From Lama guanicoe (Eukaryota), in NCBI GenBank assembly GCA_013239625.1, contig MU053556.1, forward strand, positions 62,001 to 126,000: 64,000 nucleotides of DNA, read 5' to 3'. Positions 61,901 to 64,000 of this stretch are shown here, piece by piece. Every line of letters begins with the position of its first letter. Positions within the stretch are counted from its first letter, which is position 1. A program made the translations under genes and the position numbers. Under the pieces are notes generated by a model, which was given only the letters and a program-made list of their open reading frames with translations, searched no databases and was not told where the DNA came from.

Positions 61901-63250
61901 AAATTTTACCACACCACATTTCTATTATTTTTTTCTTGACAAATCTGCAACAGATATAACAGGATCTTATTTGACTTTCATTAAACCTAGGTACAGTAAA
62001 GGTATTATAGTTAATATTGATGACTTTAAAGATGTTTATATTAATTAGAACGTACTTAAACTGAACAATATCAAATATTATCTTAATATTGAATACTTTC
62101 CAGTTCACGTGAAGCTGAAATTCAATTTGGTCAGTTTCTATTTTAAAAATACTTCATTTGTAATCTCTTATTTTTTATGCCAATTAAGCAGAGCTCTTTG
62201 ACTTCGATTTTTTTTTTTTTAGCTGTAGAAATATCTCACGTCTATAATGTGCACGCAGGCTTATAAAACGACAAAAGCTAGAGATCTCATAGCTTCACTT
62301 TGAAACTTACTTATAAGATAGGTATAATAATAGCTGGAGTAAGCTGAATTTGCTTGCTCAAATCACTAAGGCTTACTATTTATGAAACAGACATTTAAGA
62401 TTTCTTGACAAAGTCTGAAGGACCCGTCAGAGTTCTGAGTTCTAAAATGCCAAAAATTTCTTGGCCTTAAGTTTTATCTCATTGAGCTAATTAGGCTCAG
62501 TCCTAGGTCATTGTTTGGTGAATTTACATTTCTGATCTGCAAGACAAAGACACACGCTTCCAGTTCCCCAGAGAACTGCTCTGTCACTCAGTCCCAATTG
62601 TATATCCTTAATTTGCTTTTTTGTATCAGTGAGAAGAGCTGTAAACAAAGAATTCCATGTTTTAAAACTTTAAGGTTTACTTTATCATGTCTTCCAAAGC
62701 TTGCATAACGCATTTAGTAAGGTCTCTTTTCCTTGAGTTATAAGTTAAACCCAGGGTAAACCTCTTATTATATGTTTTTATTAGCCACTGAATATTAGTT
62801 TTTAGTTTTACGTTATACTGGACGGCTCATGTAACTCTATTGGTTTCCTTTATTTGTACAATTAATATTTTCTGAGGGACAGATATGGGCCCAGCCTTAT
62901 AATACCAAGAAGGGAAGCGTTTTTCCATTGAAACATATCTATCCCACAACACAATTAAGCAGAAAGTTTATATAAAGCCCATTTAAATATACCAATTTTA
63001 GAAACTTTTATCTCAATTTTATTAAATCTTATACCTTTAATTTTTATATTTATTAGGTTTAATCAGTAATTCCTATTTCTACAAGGAGTGCCAGATGCTT
63101 TTTTGTGTGTGTGTGTGTTTGTGCATTGTATCTAATTTTATAGAAAAGTCTCTAGGATCCCCAAGTTTGAGCCAAATGGCTTAGGGCCTTCTCAATTTTT
63201 AATTTGACTATTTGGTCTGTTGTTCCAATCATTGATCAAGTATTTCAGTC

Positions 63251-63283
<33 letters not shown>

Positions 63284-64000
63284 TTATATTTTAGCCCTAT
63301 AAATACATATATTTTAAACTGTGTTAAATAAAACGGACTTGTTTGAACTTTAATGTTGGGGGCAGTAGGTGATCCCTTTGGCCCTTTTTCTTAACTTTAC
63401 ATAGTGTAGTATCAAAACCTAGTATCTAAATCCAAAAATGTCCATTTAATTTATCTCATTCAAAATAACCATTTAAAAATATTTATCCATTTGGGATAAG
63501 CCCCTTATCTTTTTCCAACATTTTTACAATCGTTTTTCCAATTATCAGCCTAATTAACATTAATTATTCTAAGTTTTTATTAGCATCTCTAAAACCATTG
63601 ATAGGAAAGGAAAAACACAAATGTAGCATTTCAAACCAGTTTTTTTTTTTAACTAAGTTCTTAGGTTAACCATTAAATATATTCTTCTACCTTTAAACTT
63701 GATTTTAATAGGTACCAATAAAACAGCTGTTTATAATGAGAGCTCTTTCAACTTTCACCAATTTAAAAGTTTTTCCAAATTAAAGGATCCATCATATGGC
63801 CATCAATTTATATATATGTAGATCGTGATTTTAAACCAATAAGATGAAGATGCATTTCCACATGAGAGTGGGGGTGTTGCCTAAATAAAATTCAAAAGTT
63901 TACTCTCCAAAAGCTAGAGGCCTTTGTGGCCCAGGCTGATGCAACAAAGTTTAAGATGGCAAAATGTCTGAAAATTAGTACTACAAAAGGATTGTTGAGA
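58470..64000 (-). mobile_element. Non-autonomous ERV1-type provirus: 3' LTR 58470-58958, PPT 58959-58970, AT-rich internal region continuing past the window
   Basis: PPT AAGGGGGAGCAC abuts LTR start TGTGAATG; integrase C-terminal remnant HDLQPGDYTYWNRHDLKNCLHPEWK-(shift)-YQVLLT at ~59822-59925; env anchor-like ORF 59221-59373; no long ORFs in 60-64 kb. Confidence 0.88.
63250..63290. repeat. (TA)n microsatellite inside the ERV
   Basis: tatatatata run with ttt interruptions. Confidence 0.85.

Overview
Mammalian genomic DNA, probably camelid (inferred from a tRNA-Ala-type SINE resembling Vic-1), repeat-rich, with four N gaps between 34.2 and 38.9 kb. No intact protein-coding gene is evident. 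Left to right: (1) a decayed minus-strand betaretrovirus-like provirus (1-5427: env start, pol, dUTPase-pro, gag, tRNA-Lys PBS, 163-bp 5' LTR); (2) a solo ERV1-type LTR (5789-6279, TSD GACT); (3) L1, SINE and DNA-transposon debris; (4) a CpG island with a consensus splice donor (~16550-17314); (5) an intron-containing, disabled plus-strand copy of TRAPPC9 (exons matching 2, 3, 5, 6 and 7; 22784-55225); (6) a non-autonomous ERV1-type provirus from 58470 to the window edge. Key structure: 5428-6279 is paralogous to 58104-58958, including non-LTR flank. The same ERV1 integration is a solo LTR in one copy and a provirus in the other, and the betaretrovirus occupies a site that is empty in the second copy. 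This suggests a ~52.7-kb tandem segmental duplication of a truncated TRAPPC9 cassette. An L1 with a TSD-bounded 3' transduction lies at 20721-22153. Gene and repeat family assignments come from recalled sequence knowledge, not database searches.
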